From a virus (lineage: Duplodnaviria > Caudoviricetes), in the IMG/VR virus record IMGVR_UViG_3300042366_000726, positions 1 to 33,375 of that record: a DNA stretch of 33,375 nt. One strand, written 5' to 3'. The notes beneath the pieces are model-generated. The model made no database searches. It had not been told where the DNA came from and was given only the letters and a program-made list of their open reading frames with translations. A program made the translations under genes and the position numbers. This document shows, in pieces, positions 18,401 to 27,398 of the stretch. Every line of letters begins with the position of its first letter. Within the stretch, counting starts at the first letter, position 1.

Positions 18401-18883
18401 TGGGGCGCCGCATGCTGGTCGCCGAGCTTCGGCGTGCTCGCCATGACGAACGCCGATTGGGTGAAGGACGACGGCACGACCTGGAAGGACGGCACGTCAT
18501 GGATCACGCTCACGGCCTCGACAGCGTGGATCCAGCCCGCCGGCACACAGGACTACTCGCGCTTCCGCTACGCGCAGGTGCTCGGCCGCTCCGTCGCCGA
18601 CCATAACCTGACCGTGACCGTGCGCGTGGACTTCGACGAGAACACGACGGTGGCCACCGGTACGTGGACGGCGGCGCAGCTCGCGCCCATCGCAAGCACG
18701 GTCTACCCCGAGCAGGTGCGGCTCCAGGTCGGCACCCAGAAAACGCAAGCGGTGAAGATCACGATCGCCGACGCGGCGCCCAGTGGTGCTACAAGTGGAC
18801 GAGGCCCCCAGCTCGTCGGCCTTGCGCTTGAGATGCTCCCGCTGGGCGGCATGCGGCGCCTCCCAGACGTACGGAAGAAGTAA
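15491..18883 (+). CDS. Tail nozzle / tubular protein B-like protein (P22 gp10/T7 gp12 role)
   Basis: FGGGIDQ and GSVRKRTGY at the N-terminus; propeller-like YKNRLIV, IYYS, LILFTENSVW, IGC; 1130 aa. Confidence 0.75.
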   Translation: MAEQSKPGQGVIVRADFGGGIDQSMDAWRVPPSQLSELVNGRLERVGSVRKRTGYQPVDPPKASGGTADAGDPIAAYGAAAQTVVIDRARDNTLDNWAHLFPTTPARIANECGYAARQYTPSTTSATNGWTTTGPASDVIGDVIVLDGNAGNIDECVDYGAAEGFFFVVKVTRSSSAASASTFTLSQYDATTFALVSETSQTFSGGAPGANAARIYPKLIVYPSLSRIVVAIAHNHLVNKAQAVFHLYSYGASGLAFVATPVVTAVQNAVDHFAVTAYATVPEERYRPACPWDVCKVGTDGLFLATFDTGVGTRTERFTVSTTTITSTAQVDHPVGIGPLQALSIAETSQGVALVGYHNPLFNAALTPPYQAGNYGCPMATYNATTCALVVSNLFPVTISVAGAVAIPGRLTVGEYQAQDTTESRVCGFVEVLEYTTGFIYAHRLVRVGMGWANATPVDAQVQKSYAIPAGRLFSLDYYATVPSTDRRPLRLPLVVGASQQTFLGRVALSNDPYTDFAGNYSGVIGTQILTGTDEMTLTACNGPVQTYAPRLQPCPPPSAVKLSGVWYAPHLVALDGGSGFGIALVRLASRAPGDAQPGAYATLPMFPGGVLQQADGERFAEVTLVDRPTIGAIIGTNTGTANDFTEGDYLVQCVASYRDAYGNVHRSTPSDPYRYVSVAAPNTPRVWTIHFSYQSYTDRNDVQLDFYVTEANGTILRYWFSVPNVVGQSFGQTARTDSSVAGGTGLPALDAPTLYTTGGVLPYVPVPSSRFAVLYKNRLIVGGSDDRRSIYYSNAPLSYQGASFAVGNVLRIEHETGATAAGALGDKLILFTENSVWAIFGQFRDQTGAGDAISEPEQIHDYIGCTQPMSVIGVSTGLIFFGTDSRFYLIDDRLGIVPIGLRIQDLTRGNGLVRYDEIQATVHIEAEREVRFFVRETLSSSIGILVYNYQVDQWSLDRVTLPNQPFIGTWGAACWSPSFGVLAMTNADWVKDDGTTWKDGTSWITLTASTAWIQPAGTQDYSRFRYAQVLGRSVADHNLTVTVRVDFDENTTVATGTWTAAQLAPIASTVYPEQVRLQVGTQKTQAVKITIADAAPSGATSGRGPQLVGLALEMLPLGGMRRLPDVRKK

Positions 18884-18895
18884 GGAGACGACGGC

Positions 18896-19645
18896 ATGGC
18901 CTACGATTTCGCGAAAGAGTACCAGCGCCAGCAAGCCGGCGAGATTCAGCGCCAGCGCACGACGGGTCAGTATGGCAGCGAGGTTCCCATCGGGACGCGC
19001 GCCTTTGGTACGGGTCCCGAGACCTTTGCAAGCGTCTACGCCGAAGACGTGGCCGCGCGGCTCAAGCAGCGCGACCAGGCCGCAGAGCGGGCCACGTTCG
19101 AAGAGCAGCGCCGCCGCATCCTCGGCGCCATGCAGCCGTCAACCGTGGCGGCCGAGGCAGCTCGTGAGCAGGCGCGCGAAGCCGGACAGGCGACGCTTGG
19201 CGCCGCCCGTTCGCAGATGGGCGTCGCTGGTACGCAGACGGCCGCGCTCGGCGCTCTTGGCGCCGGCCAGGCGCAGCAAATCGGCATGGCCGGGGCGGCG
19301 CAGGTGGCGGCCGAGGAACAGCAGCGGAACGCGCTCGCGCAAGCGCAGCTCGCCGAGATGCTCCGGCAACAGGAGATGCAGCGCATGGCGCTCGAGCGCG
19401 CGGATTACGCGCAGGTGCTCGGCGCGCAGCGCGCCATGCTTCCAGCGGCGCAGCAGTACGCGCAAGAATTCGCGGCATCCGAGGCCGATCGCCAGCGTCG
19501 CGCAGAAGGCGCGGCCATCGGCGCGCTCGGAACGGCCATCGAAACCGGCTATGGCGCGTACAAATCAAGCGAGCGTGAAGCGGAGCGCGAGCGCCAGGCG
19601 TACAACGCCATGACGGAAGAAGAGCGCCGCCGGAAGTACGGGTGA
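18896..19645 (+). CDS. Putative internal virion/ejection protein
   Basis: A/Q/G-rich and helical; follows the nozzle; AAGGAG SD. Confidence 0.6.
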   Translation: MAYDFAKEYQRQQAGEIQRQRTTGQYGSEVPIGTRAFGTGPETFASVYAEDVAARLKQRDQAAERATFEEQRRRILGAMQPSTVAAEAAREQAREAGQATLGAARSQMGVAGTQTAALGALGAGQAQQIGMAGAAQVAAEEQQRNALAQAQLAEMLRQQEMQRMALERADYAQVLGAQRAMLPAAQQYAQEFAASEADRQRRAEGAAIGALGTAIETGYGAYKSSEREAERERQAYNAMTEEERRRKYG

Positions 19646-19651
19646 AATACT

Positions 19652-20290
19652 ATGGGAATCTTTGACCTGTTCAAGCCAACAGCGAGCGGCGGCACGCTCG
19701 AGGACATCCGGCGCGAGAACCAGGAGGCCGACCCGTCGCGCGTCCTGTACCAGACCGGCATGGGCGGGCTGGAGCAACTCCAGCGCGAGCAAACGCAGCG
19801 TTTCGAGGCCGCGCGAGCCCCGCAAACGCAAGCCGTCGACGTGCTTGGACAGCGCGCGCAGACGCTCCAAGGCGGGCAGGCCATGCTGCAATCGCAGCAG
19901 GCGATGGAGGGTGCGCAAGCTCGCGCGATGGTCGCCGCGCGGACGCCGTACGGCGGCAAGGGCGCGAGCCCAGAAGCGGCCATCCTCGGCGGGCAAATCG
20001 GCCAGGCAAGCGCCGCGGCCATGGGCGGACTAGAAGCGGAGGCGGCAGCGCGACAGGCGGCCTACTTGCGCGGCGTACAGACGCTTGGAAGCGCGACGGC
20101 ACAAGAGGCCGAAGAGCGTCGCCGCGTTGAGCAAGTCATGCTGCAAGACCTCCAGGCGCGCTACGCTGCGGCAATGCAGCAGGCGCAATACGAGCGGCAG
20201 CGCGAGGCCGAGGACCGCGCGCGTACGCAAGGCGCGATTGTGGGCGCCGCGTCCAGCGGCGTGTCAATGCTTGGCGGAGGCAAGAAGTAA
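19652..20290 (+). CDS. Putative ejection protein
   Basis: A/Q/G-rich; Gly-rich hydrophobic C-terminus. Confidence 0.6.
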   Translation: MGIFDLFKPTASGGTLEDIRRENQEADPSRVLYQTGMGGLEQLQREQTQRFEAARAPQTQAVDVLGQRAQTLQGGQAMLQSQQAMEGAQARAMVAARTPYGGKGASPEAAILGGQIGQASAAAMGGLEAEAAARQAAYLRGVQTLGSATAQEAEERRRVEQVMLQDLQARYAAAMQQAQYERQREAEDRARTQGAIVGAASSGVSMLGGGKK

Positions 20291-22201
20291 ATGGGCAACG
20301 GTGCAATCCTTGGGCAATCCATGAGCCCCGTACCGGATCCGCTCGACTTCGATCCGAGCATCCCGGGCGGCTACGCGGCCCCGCGGCCCGGCCCCGTCGT
20401 GCTCGGCCAGGCCCCGCCGCCGCCGCCTCCTGCACCGGCCGCACCGGCAGGCCGCACCGGCCTCGATTATTACACTTTCGGCATGGCCGGAGACCTTCTC
20501 CGCGGACTCGAGCGCGTTGGCTCAGCCGTCATGCCCGTGCCGCCGACGCCGACCGCTGCGCCGGCTCCTCGCGGCACGTCGGCAGGTGGCATCGGCCTGG
20601 GCGTGCTGCCGGCTGACAAGCTCCCGGCGCAGAGCTTTACGGGCATCGGCACGCAGTACTTCCCGCAGGCCCCCGCGGAGGCGCCTGGCGGCCCCGTAGA
20701 AGGCGCCGCACCTGGCGCCGCACCTGGCGCCGCCCAGGCCGCTCCTGCGGCCCGCAGGGCGGCTCCTGGTGGCGCTGGCGGCATGGGCGGCATGACCGAG
20801 GTGGAGCGCATCCAGACCGAAGGACTCAAGGGCAAAGAAGAGCTCTTGAAGGGCCAGGAGCTTAACCTGCGCGCAGAGGCCGCAACGCAACGCGCCGCGC
20901 TTACCGGCATCGAACAGGCCGAAGCCGAGGCGCAGAATGAGCGCGAGAAGGCCACGGCGCTCGCGCGCGAGCAGGCCCGCGCGGCAGACCTGGAGGCCGC
21001 CAGCGAGCGCGAGATCCGGCGCATGGCCGTCGAGGACACGCAGCGTAGGCTCGAAGCGGCTCAGAACGCGCTCGACAACACGAAGATCGACGTGGACAAG
21101 GCATACGGCGGCGCGGCTGGCCGCATCTTCGCGGGCCTCGCGGTGGCCCTCGGCTCGTTCGGCGCCAGCATGACGGGCGGCCCCAACTACGCCATGCAGA
21201 TCGTCGACCAGCGCATTAACCGCGAGCTCGACGCGCAGCGCACGGAGCTCGACAAGGCTAAGGGCAAGGTCTCGGAGCTTGGGCGCGTACTCCAGCAAAA
21301 CGAGAACCTCCTCGGTGACGCGTCCAAGGCGCGCGACCTCACGCGAGCGCAGACGTATCGCGCTCTCATTGCAGACATCGACGAGCGGAAGAAGGGCGCA
21401 GAGCTGACGCCCAACCAGATGCGCGTGCGCCAGGAGCTCGAAACGAAGCTGAACGGCGCGCTGACGAACATCCAGAGCGGCCTGCTCGAGACGCAGACGC
21501 AGAAGCAACTGATCCCGGCCATGGGCCGCCAGCAGCGCGCCGCAGCAGCCGCCACGGCCGCGCGTGCACTCTCCAAGGAAGAGCGCGAGACGCGCAAGGC
21601 GCTCACGCTCGAGCTTGTGAAGCAAGGGCAGCTCACGATCGACCCGGCGACGGGCGCGCTTGTGCAGGGCGCAGGCACGCCGGAAACGCAGGAAAAGCTC
21701 GTTAACCGCACCACGAGCCTCGTGAAGACGCTCGACGAGAAGAACCTGCTCACGGGTCCCGAAAGCATGGCGACGCTCATGCAGGCCGTGGGCGTCGACC
21801 CGGCGACGGGCGCCAAGAGTGGCGCGGGCTCGGTGGCCGGCTTCTCGTTCGGCGGGACCGTTCGCGATCCGTTTGCGGTCACTGCGCAGGCCAAGGAAAT
21901 CCGCCGCCAGATCGGCGAGCAAGTGGAATCCGTGGCGAAGGCGTCGGGCGGTGTCATTACCGACAGCGATCGCGCTGGCGCGCTGGCGCGGATCAACGGA
22001 AGCGGCAGCATCGGCGAGCTGCAAAACGCGCTCGTGGACTTCTACGGGAAGTATGCGTCGAAGGCGCGCTCGTTCGCCGCCGCCGACCCGGTGGCGTTCC
22101 AAGTGGTCGCGAAATCGAACCCAGCGCTCGCGGCCGTCGTCAACTTCGGGCAGGCTCGGCAGGCAGCAACCGCGGCAGGACTCCGCAGCGGGGCGAAGTA
22201 A
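20291..22201 (+). CDS. Putative ejection protein
   Basis: Pro-rich N-terminus, coiled coils, hydrophobic IFAGLAVALGSFGA segment. Confidence 0.6.
   Translation: MGNGAILGQSMSPVPDPLDFDPSIPGGYAAPRPGPVVLGQAPPPPPPAPAAPAGRTGLDYYTFGMAGDLLRGLERVGSAVMPVPPTPTAAPAPRGTSAGGIGLGVLPADKLPAQSFTGIGTQYFPQAPAEAPGGPVEGAAPGAAPGAAQAAPAARRAAPGGAGGMGGMTEVERIQTEGLKGKEELLKGQELNLRAEAATQRAALTGIEQAEAEAQNEREKATALAREQARAADLEAASEREIRRMAVEDTQRRLEAAQNALDNTKIDVDKAYGGAAGRIFAGLAVALGSFGASMTGGPNYAMQIVDQRINRELDAQRTELDKAKGKVSELGRVLQQNENLLGDASKARDLTRAQTYRALIADIDERKKGAELTPNQMRVRQELETKLNGALTNIQSGLLETQTQKQLIPAMGRQQRAAAAATAARALSKEERETRKALTLELVKQGQLTIDPATGALVQGAGTPETQEKLVNRTTSLVKTLDEKNLLTGPESMATLMQAVGVDPATGAKSGAGSVAGFSFGGTVRDPFAVTAQAKEIRRQIGEQVESVAKASGGVITDSDRAGALARINGSGSIGELQNALVDFYGKYASKARSFAAADPVAFQVVAKSNPALAAVVNFGQARQAATAAGLRSGAK
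20702..20737 (+). repeat. 12-bp tandem repeat, three copies (GAAP)
   Basis: ggcgccgcacct ggcgccgcacct ggcgccgcccag. Confidence 0.85.
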
Positions 22202-25200
22202 ATGGCGGACGTAACCGTACGCACCCCGCAAGGCGAGCTCTTCACGGGCCCGCAAGAGCGCATCGCCGAGTTCCAAAAGAGCGTACCGGGCGCGCAAGTG
22301 CTTTCGCCGGAAGAGGCGGCAGCAGCAGCGCGCCAGCAGACGCTCCGCGAAGAGCAAGGCGGGCTCGTCGGTGCGGGCGTACAGTTCGCGGAGAGCCTCA
22401 TCGAAGGCGGAACCTCTCTTCCCATCGGCCAGATGGTGGAGCGCGCCTATGGTCGCCTGACGGGCGGCGAACGTGGCGAGCAAGAGGCCATGGAGCGGAT
22501 GCGCGTGCGCGAGCAGGAGCAGCAGGCCGCCGCTCTTGCGGGCCAAGCCATCGGCTTTGGTGGCGCCGCGCTGCTCCCGGTTGCGGGCGAAGCCGTGGCC
22601 GCTGGCCGCGTGGCTCGCGCTGCCGAAGCGGCTACGACGCTCACGCGCGGCATCATGGGCGCCGGCTCGCGCGTGGCGGCGCTCGCGGAGGCCCGCGTGG
22701 CGCAAGAGGGCGTTAAGCGCGCCATCGTCGGCGCGGCAGCTCGAGGCGCCACGGAAGGCGCGGCGCTCGGCCTCGGCCAAGTGGCCAAAGAGGCCGTGCT
22801 CGGCGAGGACATCAGTGCCGAGCTTGTGGCCGAGCGCGTACTAACGGGCGCGTTCATCGGCGGCGCAGGCGGGGCGCTCTTTGAGGGCCTCGGCACCGCG
22901 GCGGTCAAGGCCGCCGAGGCGGCTGGCGCGGGCACCGCATTCGGCCTGGCTGGCGCTGGTCTCGGCTTTGCCGCTGGCGGTCTGCCTGGCGCGGCTGCGG
23001 GCGGCTACATCGGCACAAGGGTAGGCAAGGCAATCGGCAAGAGCGCCGCGGCTGGCGAGCGCGCTGCGTTGACGGAGGCGGCAGAGCGCGAGGCGTTCAA
23101 CCGCAAGGCCGCATCGGGCGAGCTGCGCAAGACGGGCGACCTTACGGCCGAAGAGCGCGCGGCCATCCTCGACCGCGCGGAGCTCGAGGCCATCAACGAA
23201 ACGGCAGCCCGCGAAGAGGAAATGGGCACGCTCGACGCGGCCGAGGCCGAGCTCGTGCGCCAGCGCCGAGCGGAGCTGAACCAGCTTCGCCGCGACACGT
23301 ACGAATTCGCCGATGCGCAGAGCGAGCTTGTGCAGCGCGAGATGGCGCGTTTCTCCAGTGACCAGACCGAGGTGTCCGCGCTCGCACGCCGGCAGCTCGC
23401 CGAGGCGACCGACACCGTGGAGAAGATCGCGCGCGAGTTCGGCGACTTCCGCCAAGGTCACATGGCGAAGGCCGTGCGCGGCTACGAGTCGGCCTATGAG
23501 GCGATTACGGGCGTGAAGAAAGAGGAGACGATGCTCCGCTTCGCGCGCGAAATGTCTCCCGACGAGGCGGCATCGTACGCGCGCCTGGCGCGCAAGGGAC
23601 TCGTGGAGCGCCTCGAGGAGACGGCCGCGCAGATCGAAGAGCAGATCCAGGGCGTGCCAGGCTTTCAGAAATCGTTCGGTGCGCAGGTCAAGCAGATGCG
23701 CAAGGCAGCCGAAGAGATCGGCAACCTGAGCGACGACACGGCCGAGAACCTCGCCAAGATGCATCGGCTGGCGGACAACGCGAAACGCGAATTCGACCGC
23801 GTGGTGGCCGCAGGAAAGGCCACGACGACGGACGAGCGTACGCTCATGCAGTATTTCCAAAAGAGCAACGGCGCCGACTCGGTGCGCAAGGCGCTCTCGG
23901 ATCCGCAGCTCTTCGGCGAGCAGATTGCCGCCACGCAAGCGAGCGTGAATCAGGCATGGACGAACGCGATCCCGCGCCTCAAGGAGATCCAGAAGACGCT
24001 CCTGCGGCAAGGCATGGAGCGCCTGGAGAGCAACCCATACAAGCTCGAGACGGTGATCGACCCGGCCAAGGTGATCCCGTTCATGCGCAACATGGGCAGC
24101 GCCGAGCAAGAGCTGAACGCGCAAAACTTCGGCGAATGGGTAAGCACGCAGCTCGAGCTCCAGCAGACCGCGCTGCGCCTCTTCAAGCCGACCGGCCGCC
24201 AGGCGAAGCGCATCGAGGAAAGCATCGGCGCGCTCCAGGTCATGCAGCGCGACATCGCGCGAGCGCGCCAGGCGTCCGCGTCCCTTGAGGCCGCGAAGAT
24301 CATCGCCGAGGACGCACGCGGCGCGCTGCAACGGGCCGCCGTGGAGAACCTGGGCGGCGTCGGGCGCGTGCTCACGACCATGCTGGACCTGGAGCGCCGC
24401 GCGACGATGGAGCGCATGCTCTCCGGCCTCGTGGGCGACGCGGACGCGCAGATTTCGAAGGCCGCCATGGCGTTCGTGCGTGGCGGCGAGAAACCGGGCA
24501 AGTTCGTGGCCGAGGCCGCCAAGGCAACCGGCCGCGCCGCCGCAGCCGACCGGCCAGCGCCGCAGACGAAGACGAGGGAAGCGGTGGCCACGGAGCTCGC
24601 CACGGCAGCGCCGAAGGAGACGCGCTCGCAACGTGCCGAGACGGCGCTGCGCCAGATTGCCACCGTGGCCGCGGTCGCCGGAACCCCGCAGGCCATCGAG
24701 GCATTCGCCTACCAGGGCTCCGGGCCGCTCCAGTCGACGACGAACCCGCTGCCTTCCCAGAACGTTGCGCTCGCACTCGCACGAGCCGCGGCGTTCCTGA
24801 ACGCGAAGGCCCCGCCCGTGTTCCAGTCAAACACGCTGCAACCGCAGCTCGTACAACGGCAGCTCTCCGACTCGGAGATCGCGCGTTGGAACGCGTACGT
24901 GATGACCGCGGCCAAGCCGCTCTCAGTGCTGAAAGACCTGGAGGCCGGCACCATCCGCCGCGAGCAGGTCGAGACGCTGCGCGCGCTGTACCCGGCTATC
25001 TACTCGTCGATGCAGGCGAAGGTGCTCGAGGCGCTGCACACGTCCCGATCCGAGGTGAGCTACTCCCAGCGCGTGCTTCTCGGCGTGCTCTTCGGAGCTC
25101 CCACGGACCCGACGCTCCAGCCCGCGAGCATTCGCGCGCTTCAATCCAGCTTCACGCCGGCGCAGCCTGCCCCCTCCGGGGCGCCTCGTGCTACGCCGGG

Positions 25201-25276
25201 CAGGGTGCGCGGTTCGTTCGCGGCCGACCTGCGTACCTCCACCGAGTCTCTTTCCGCGCGAGGCAACCTCCCATGA
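22202..25276 (+). CDS. Large putative ejection / DNA-transfer protein
   Basis: 1024 aa, helical, glycine-zipper GAGTAFGLAGAGLGFAAGGLPGAAAGGYIG. Confidence 0.65.
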   Translation: MADVTVRTPQGELFTGPQERIAEFQKSVPGAQVLSPEEAAAAARQQTLREEQGGLVGAGVQFAESLIEGGTSLPIGQMVERAYGRLTGGERGEQEAMERMRVREQEQQAAALAGQAIGFGGAALLPVAGEAVAAGRVARAAEAATTLTRGIMGAGSRVAALAEARVAQEGVKRAIVGAAARGATEGAALGLGQVAKEAVLGEDISAELVAERVLTGAFIGGAGGALFEGLGTAAVKAAEAAGAGTAFGLAGAGLGFAAGGLPGAAAGGYIGTRVGKAIGKSAAAGERAALTEAAEREAFNRKAASGELRKTGDLTAEERAAILDRAELEAINETAAREEEMGTLDAAEAELVRQRRAELNQLRRDTYEFADAQSELVQREMARFSSDQTEVSALARRQLAEATDTVEKIAREFGDFRQGHMAKAVRGYESAYEAITGVKKEETMLRFAREMSPDEAASYARLARKGLVERLEETAAQIEEQIQGVPGFQKSFGAQVKQMRKAAEEIGNLSDDTAENLAKMHRLADNAKREFDRVVAAGKATTTDERTLMQYFQKSNGADSVRKALSDPQLFGEQIAATQASVNQAWTNAIPRLKEIQKTLLRQGMERLESNPYKLETVIDPAKVIPFMRNMGSAEQELNAQNFGEWVSTQLELQQTALRLFKPTGRQAKRIEESIGALQVMQRDIARARQASASLEAAKIIAEDARGALQRAAVENLGGVGRVLTTMLDLERRATMERMLSGLVGDADAQISKAAMAFVRGGEKPGKFVAEAAKATGRAAAADRPAPQTKTREAVATELATAAPKETRSQRAETALRQIATVAAVAGTPQAIEAFAYQGSGPLQSTTNPLPSQNVALALARAAAFLNAKAPPVFQSNTLQPQLVQRQLSDSEIARWNAYVMTAAKPLSVLKDLEAGTIRREQVETLRALYPAIYSSMQAKVLEALHTSRSEVSYSQRVLLGVLFGAPTDPTLQPASIRALQSSFTPAQPAPSGAPRATPGRVRGSFAADLRTSTESLSARGNLP

Positions 25277-25656
25277 CGCAACGAATCGGAACCGGCGCGA
25301 ACGCCGAAATCACGGTCTACGCCGTGACGCTCTCCACGACGCAGCGGCAGCTCGAAACCAGCGTGCCCGTGGGCGGCGCCATCGGTGCGCTCACGTCGCA
25401 GAGCCCGAGCCCCACGGCCTCGCGCGCGCTGAACACCGGCCCGGTCAACCCGGGGCGCTTCTACGTGCAGGGCGCGACGCTGATCAACACGGACACGGCC
25501 AACATCGCCTACGTGGGCTCCAGCGCCTCGCACACGTCGACCGTGGCGATCCCGATTCAGCCGGGCGCCGCGCTGCGGCTCGACGTGAACCGGCTCGACG
25601 GCATTTACCTCTTCTCGACGGCCGGCACGCCGATCGTCAAGGTGATCGGAGTCTAA
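25273..25656 (+). CDS. Beta-rich virion protein
   Basis: ATGA overlap; LINT...AYVG...IPIQPG...IYL pattern. Confidence 0.65.
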   Translation: MTQRIGTGANAEITVYAVTLSTTQRQLETSVPVGGAIGALTSQSPSPTASRALNTGPVNPGRFYVQGATLINTDTANIAYVGSSASHTSTVAIPIQPGAALRLDVNRLDGIYLFSTAGTPIVKVIGV

Positions 25657-25657
25657 C

Positions 25658-26338
25658 ATGGGCGCACCTCAATACGAGCAGGCAGGCGCCGACGTAGCAG
25701 GCTCCGGCACCCCCAACACGATCCCCCGCTGGACGGGCGCGAGCACGTTGGGGGATTCGGCGCTGACGCAAAGCGGAAGCGACGTGAGCGGCGCGGGGGC
25801 AATCCGCGCGACAGGAACGACCGCTGGCGCTCCGGCGTTCACTGGGTCGGACACCGATACCGGAATTTACTTCCCGGCAAACAATGCGATCCGGTTTGCG
25901 ACGGGTGGAGCCTTTGCGGTGGCGATCGACTCATTGCAGCGGGTTATCGTCGGTTCAACTACGTCACCAAATCTCTCAAGCGCATTTGTCACGGCGGTAG
26001 GTTCGTCTTCGTCGTACCTTGCAACCTTTCGGACGTCGGCTACGGCAGGCGGTTGCCTCATTGGCTCTGGCTCTGATCCGGTTGAAATCTACCGAAGTGC
26101 GGGCACGTACGGCTCGGAGACCTACACAAAGATCCTGACCGGCGACGCGAACGGCAACATCTACGCCACGTCCGGCACCACCGGCATGACGAACGGGTTC
26201 TTCTACATCCCGGCGGCAGCGGGCGCGCCGAGCGGAACGCCGACCGCCGTTTCCGGTCGCGTGCCCATGTACTACGACACCACGAACAACCAGTTTTACG
26301 TCTACAACGGCGCGTGGAAGAAGGTGGCCCTCGCATGA
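25658..26338 (+). CDS. Short tail fibre / receptor-binding-like protein
   Basis: GTPNTIPRWT, DTDTGIYFP, MYYDTTNNQFYVYNGAW fibre-type motifs; G/S/T-rich. Confidence 0.7.
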   Translation: MGAPQYEQAGADVAGSGTPNTIPRWTGASTLGDSALTQSGSDVSGAGAIRATGTTAGAPAFTGSDTDTGIYFPANNAIRFATGGAFAVAIDSLQRVIVGSTTSPNLSSAFVTAVGSSSSYLATFRTSATAGGCLIGSGSDPVEIYRSAGTYGSETYTKILTGDANGNIYATSGTTGMTNGFFYIPAAAGAPSGTPTAVSGRVPMYYDTTNNQFYVYNGAWKKVALA

Positions 26339-26736
26339 TGACGATCACATGGACGGTCACGTCGATGACCGCGTATCCGCAGCACGAAGGCGAAACCGAC
26401 GTAGTGTTTTCCGTGGCGTGGTGCTGCACCGCGACGGATGGCACGTTTACGAACGCTGTGCCCGGCTCGATTGGCGTCACTTGGCAGGCCGGTACGCCGT
26501 TCACGCCGTATGACCAGCTCACCGAGGATCAGGTGCTCGGATGGGTGTTCGCGGGCCTTGGCTCGGAGAAGGCCACCGTCGAGGGCTATGCCGTGAAGGG
26601 CGTTGAGGAGCAAGCGAATCCACCCGTGGTGACGCCGCCTCTCCCGTGGGCACCGCCTCCCGTCGAGATCGTGCCCGACGCCCCGCCCGCTCCCGAGCCG
26701 ACGCCCGCGCCCGCTCCCGTCGAGGAGCCCGTCTAA
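26335..26736 (+). CDS. Fibre-associated conserved phage protein (DUF7936-like from recall)
   Basis: TITWTV...DVVFSVAW...FTPYDQLTEDQVLGWV...PLPW. Confidence 0.7.
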   Translation: MMTITWTVTSMTAYPQHEGETDVVFSVAWCCTATDGTFTNAVPGSIGVTWQAGTPFTPYDQLTEDQVLGWVFAGLGSEKATVEGYAVKGVEEQANPPVVTPPLPWAPPPVEIVPDAPPAPEPTPAPAPVEEPV

Positions 26737-26927
26737 TGGCTCTCGACGAGAAGCAGAGCGCGCAAGTGCTCGTGCAGGCGCTCGCCAAGGCGCAGAGCCG
26801 CGGCGTCTACGAGCTGCACGAGAGCGCGCTCGTTCACGAGGCGCTGACGCTCCTCGGCCCCAAGCTCGGCCTCGTGCCGGAGCAGGTGCCGGCGCAGGTC
26901 GCGGACGCTCAACCACCGGAGGCGTGA
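26736..26927 (+). CDS. Small helical hypothetical protein
   Basis: TAATG overlap; VLVQALAKAQSRGVYELHES. Confidence 0.75.
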   Translation: MALDEKQSAQVLVQALAKAQSRGVYELHESALVHEALTLLGPKLGLVPEQVPAQVADAQPPEA

Positions 26928-26928
26928 C

Positions 26929-27183
26929 ATGGCAACGGACAGCGCAGCAATCGCGAAGGCCGCGGCTCACGAGGCCGTGCGGGAGACGTTCTCTAAGCTC
27001 GGCGTCGACACCGACGACCAGGAGAGCGTGGACGCCTTCCGCGACGACCTGCGCTTTGCCCGTACCATCCGCACGAAAGCGGGCATGGGGATCGATGCCA
27101 TCCTCAAGCTCGTATTCTTGGCCATCGCCAGCGCCATCATGGGCGCGGTGGCCAAGTACCTTCACATCGGGCCTACGCCATGA
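26929..27183 (+). CDS. Single-TM membrane protein (holin/antiholin candidate)
   Basis: C-terminal hydrophobic ILKLVFLAIASAIMGAVAKYL; GGAGG SD. Confidence 0.65.
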   Translation: MATDSAAIAKAAAHEAVRETFSKLGVDTDDQESVDAFRDDLRFARTIRTKAGMGIDAILKLVFLAIASAIMGAVAKYLHIGPTP

Positions 27184-27398
27184 ACGACAAGGTGGAGCTT
27201 TGGATGGTCTTCATTTGGCCCGCGCTTTCGGGCCTGCTGAACATCATCCTTCGCACCCGCACGCCCGAGGAGTGGGTAGAGCGCTGCGAACGTTCCCCGC
27301 GCCTCGCGGCGTTCACGCGCCTGCTTCGCGCGACCGGGCTCGACCCGGTGAAGATGGTCGCCAGCATCGGCGAATTTGTCGCAGGGGAGAAACGATGA
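27180..27398 (+). CDS. Holin-like membrane protein
   Basis: N-terminal TM LWMVFIWPALSGLLNIIL; lysis-region position. Confidence 0.6.
   Translation: MNDKVELWMVFIWPALSGLLNIILRTRTPEEWVERCERSPRLAAFTRLLRATGLDPVKMVASIGEFVAGEKR

Noticed and set aside
8374-24631. Many long minus-strand ORFs (e.g. 9174-10733, 20522-22780, 22841-24631)
   Set aside because: They are antisense shadows of GC-rich coding genes, with Arg/Ala-rich low-information translations and no motifs
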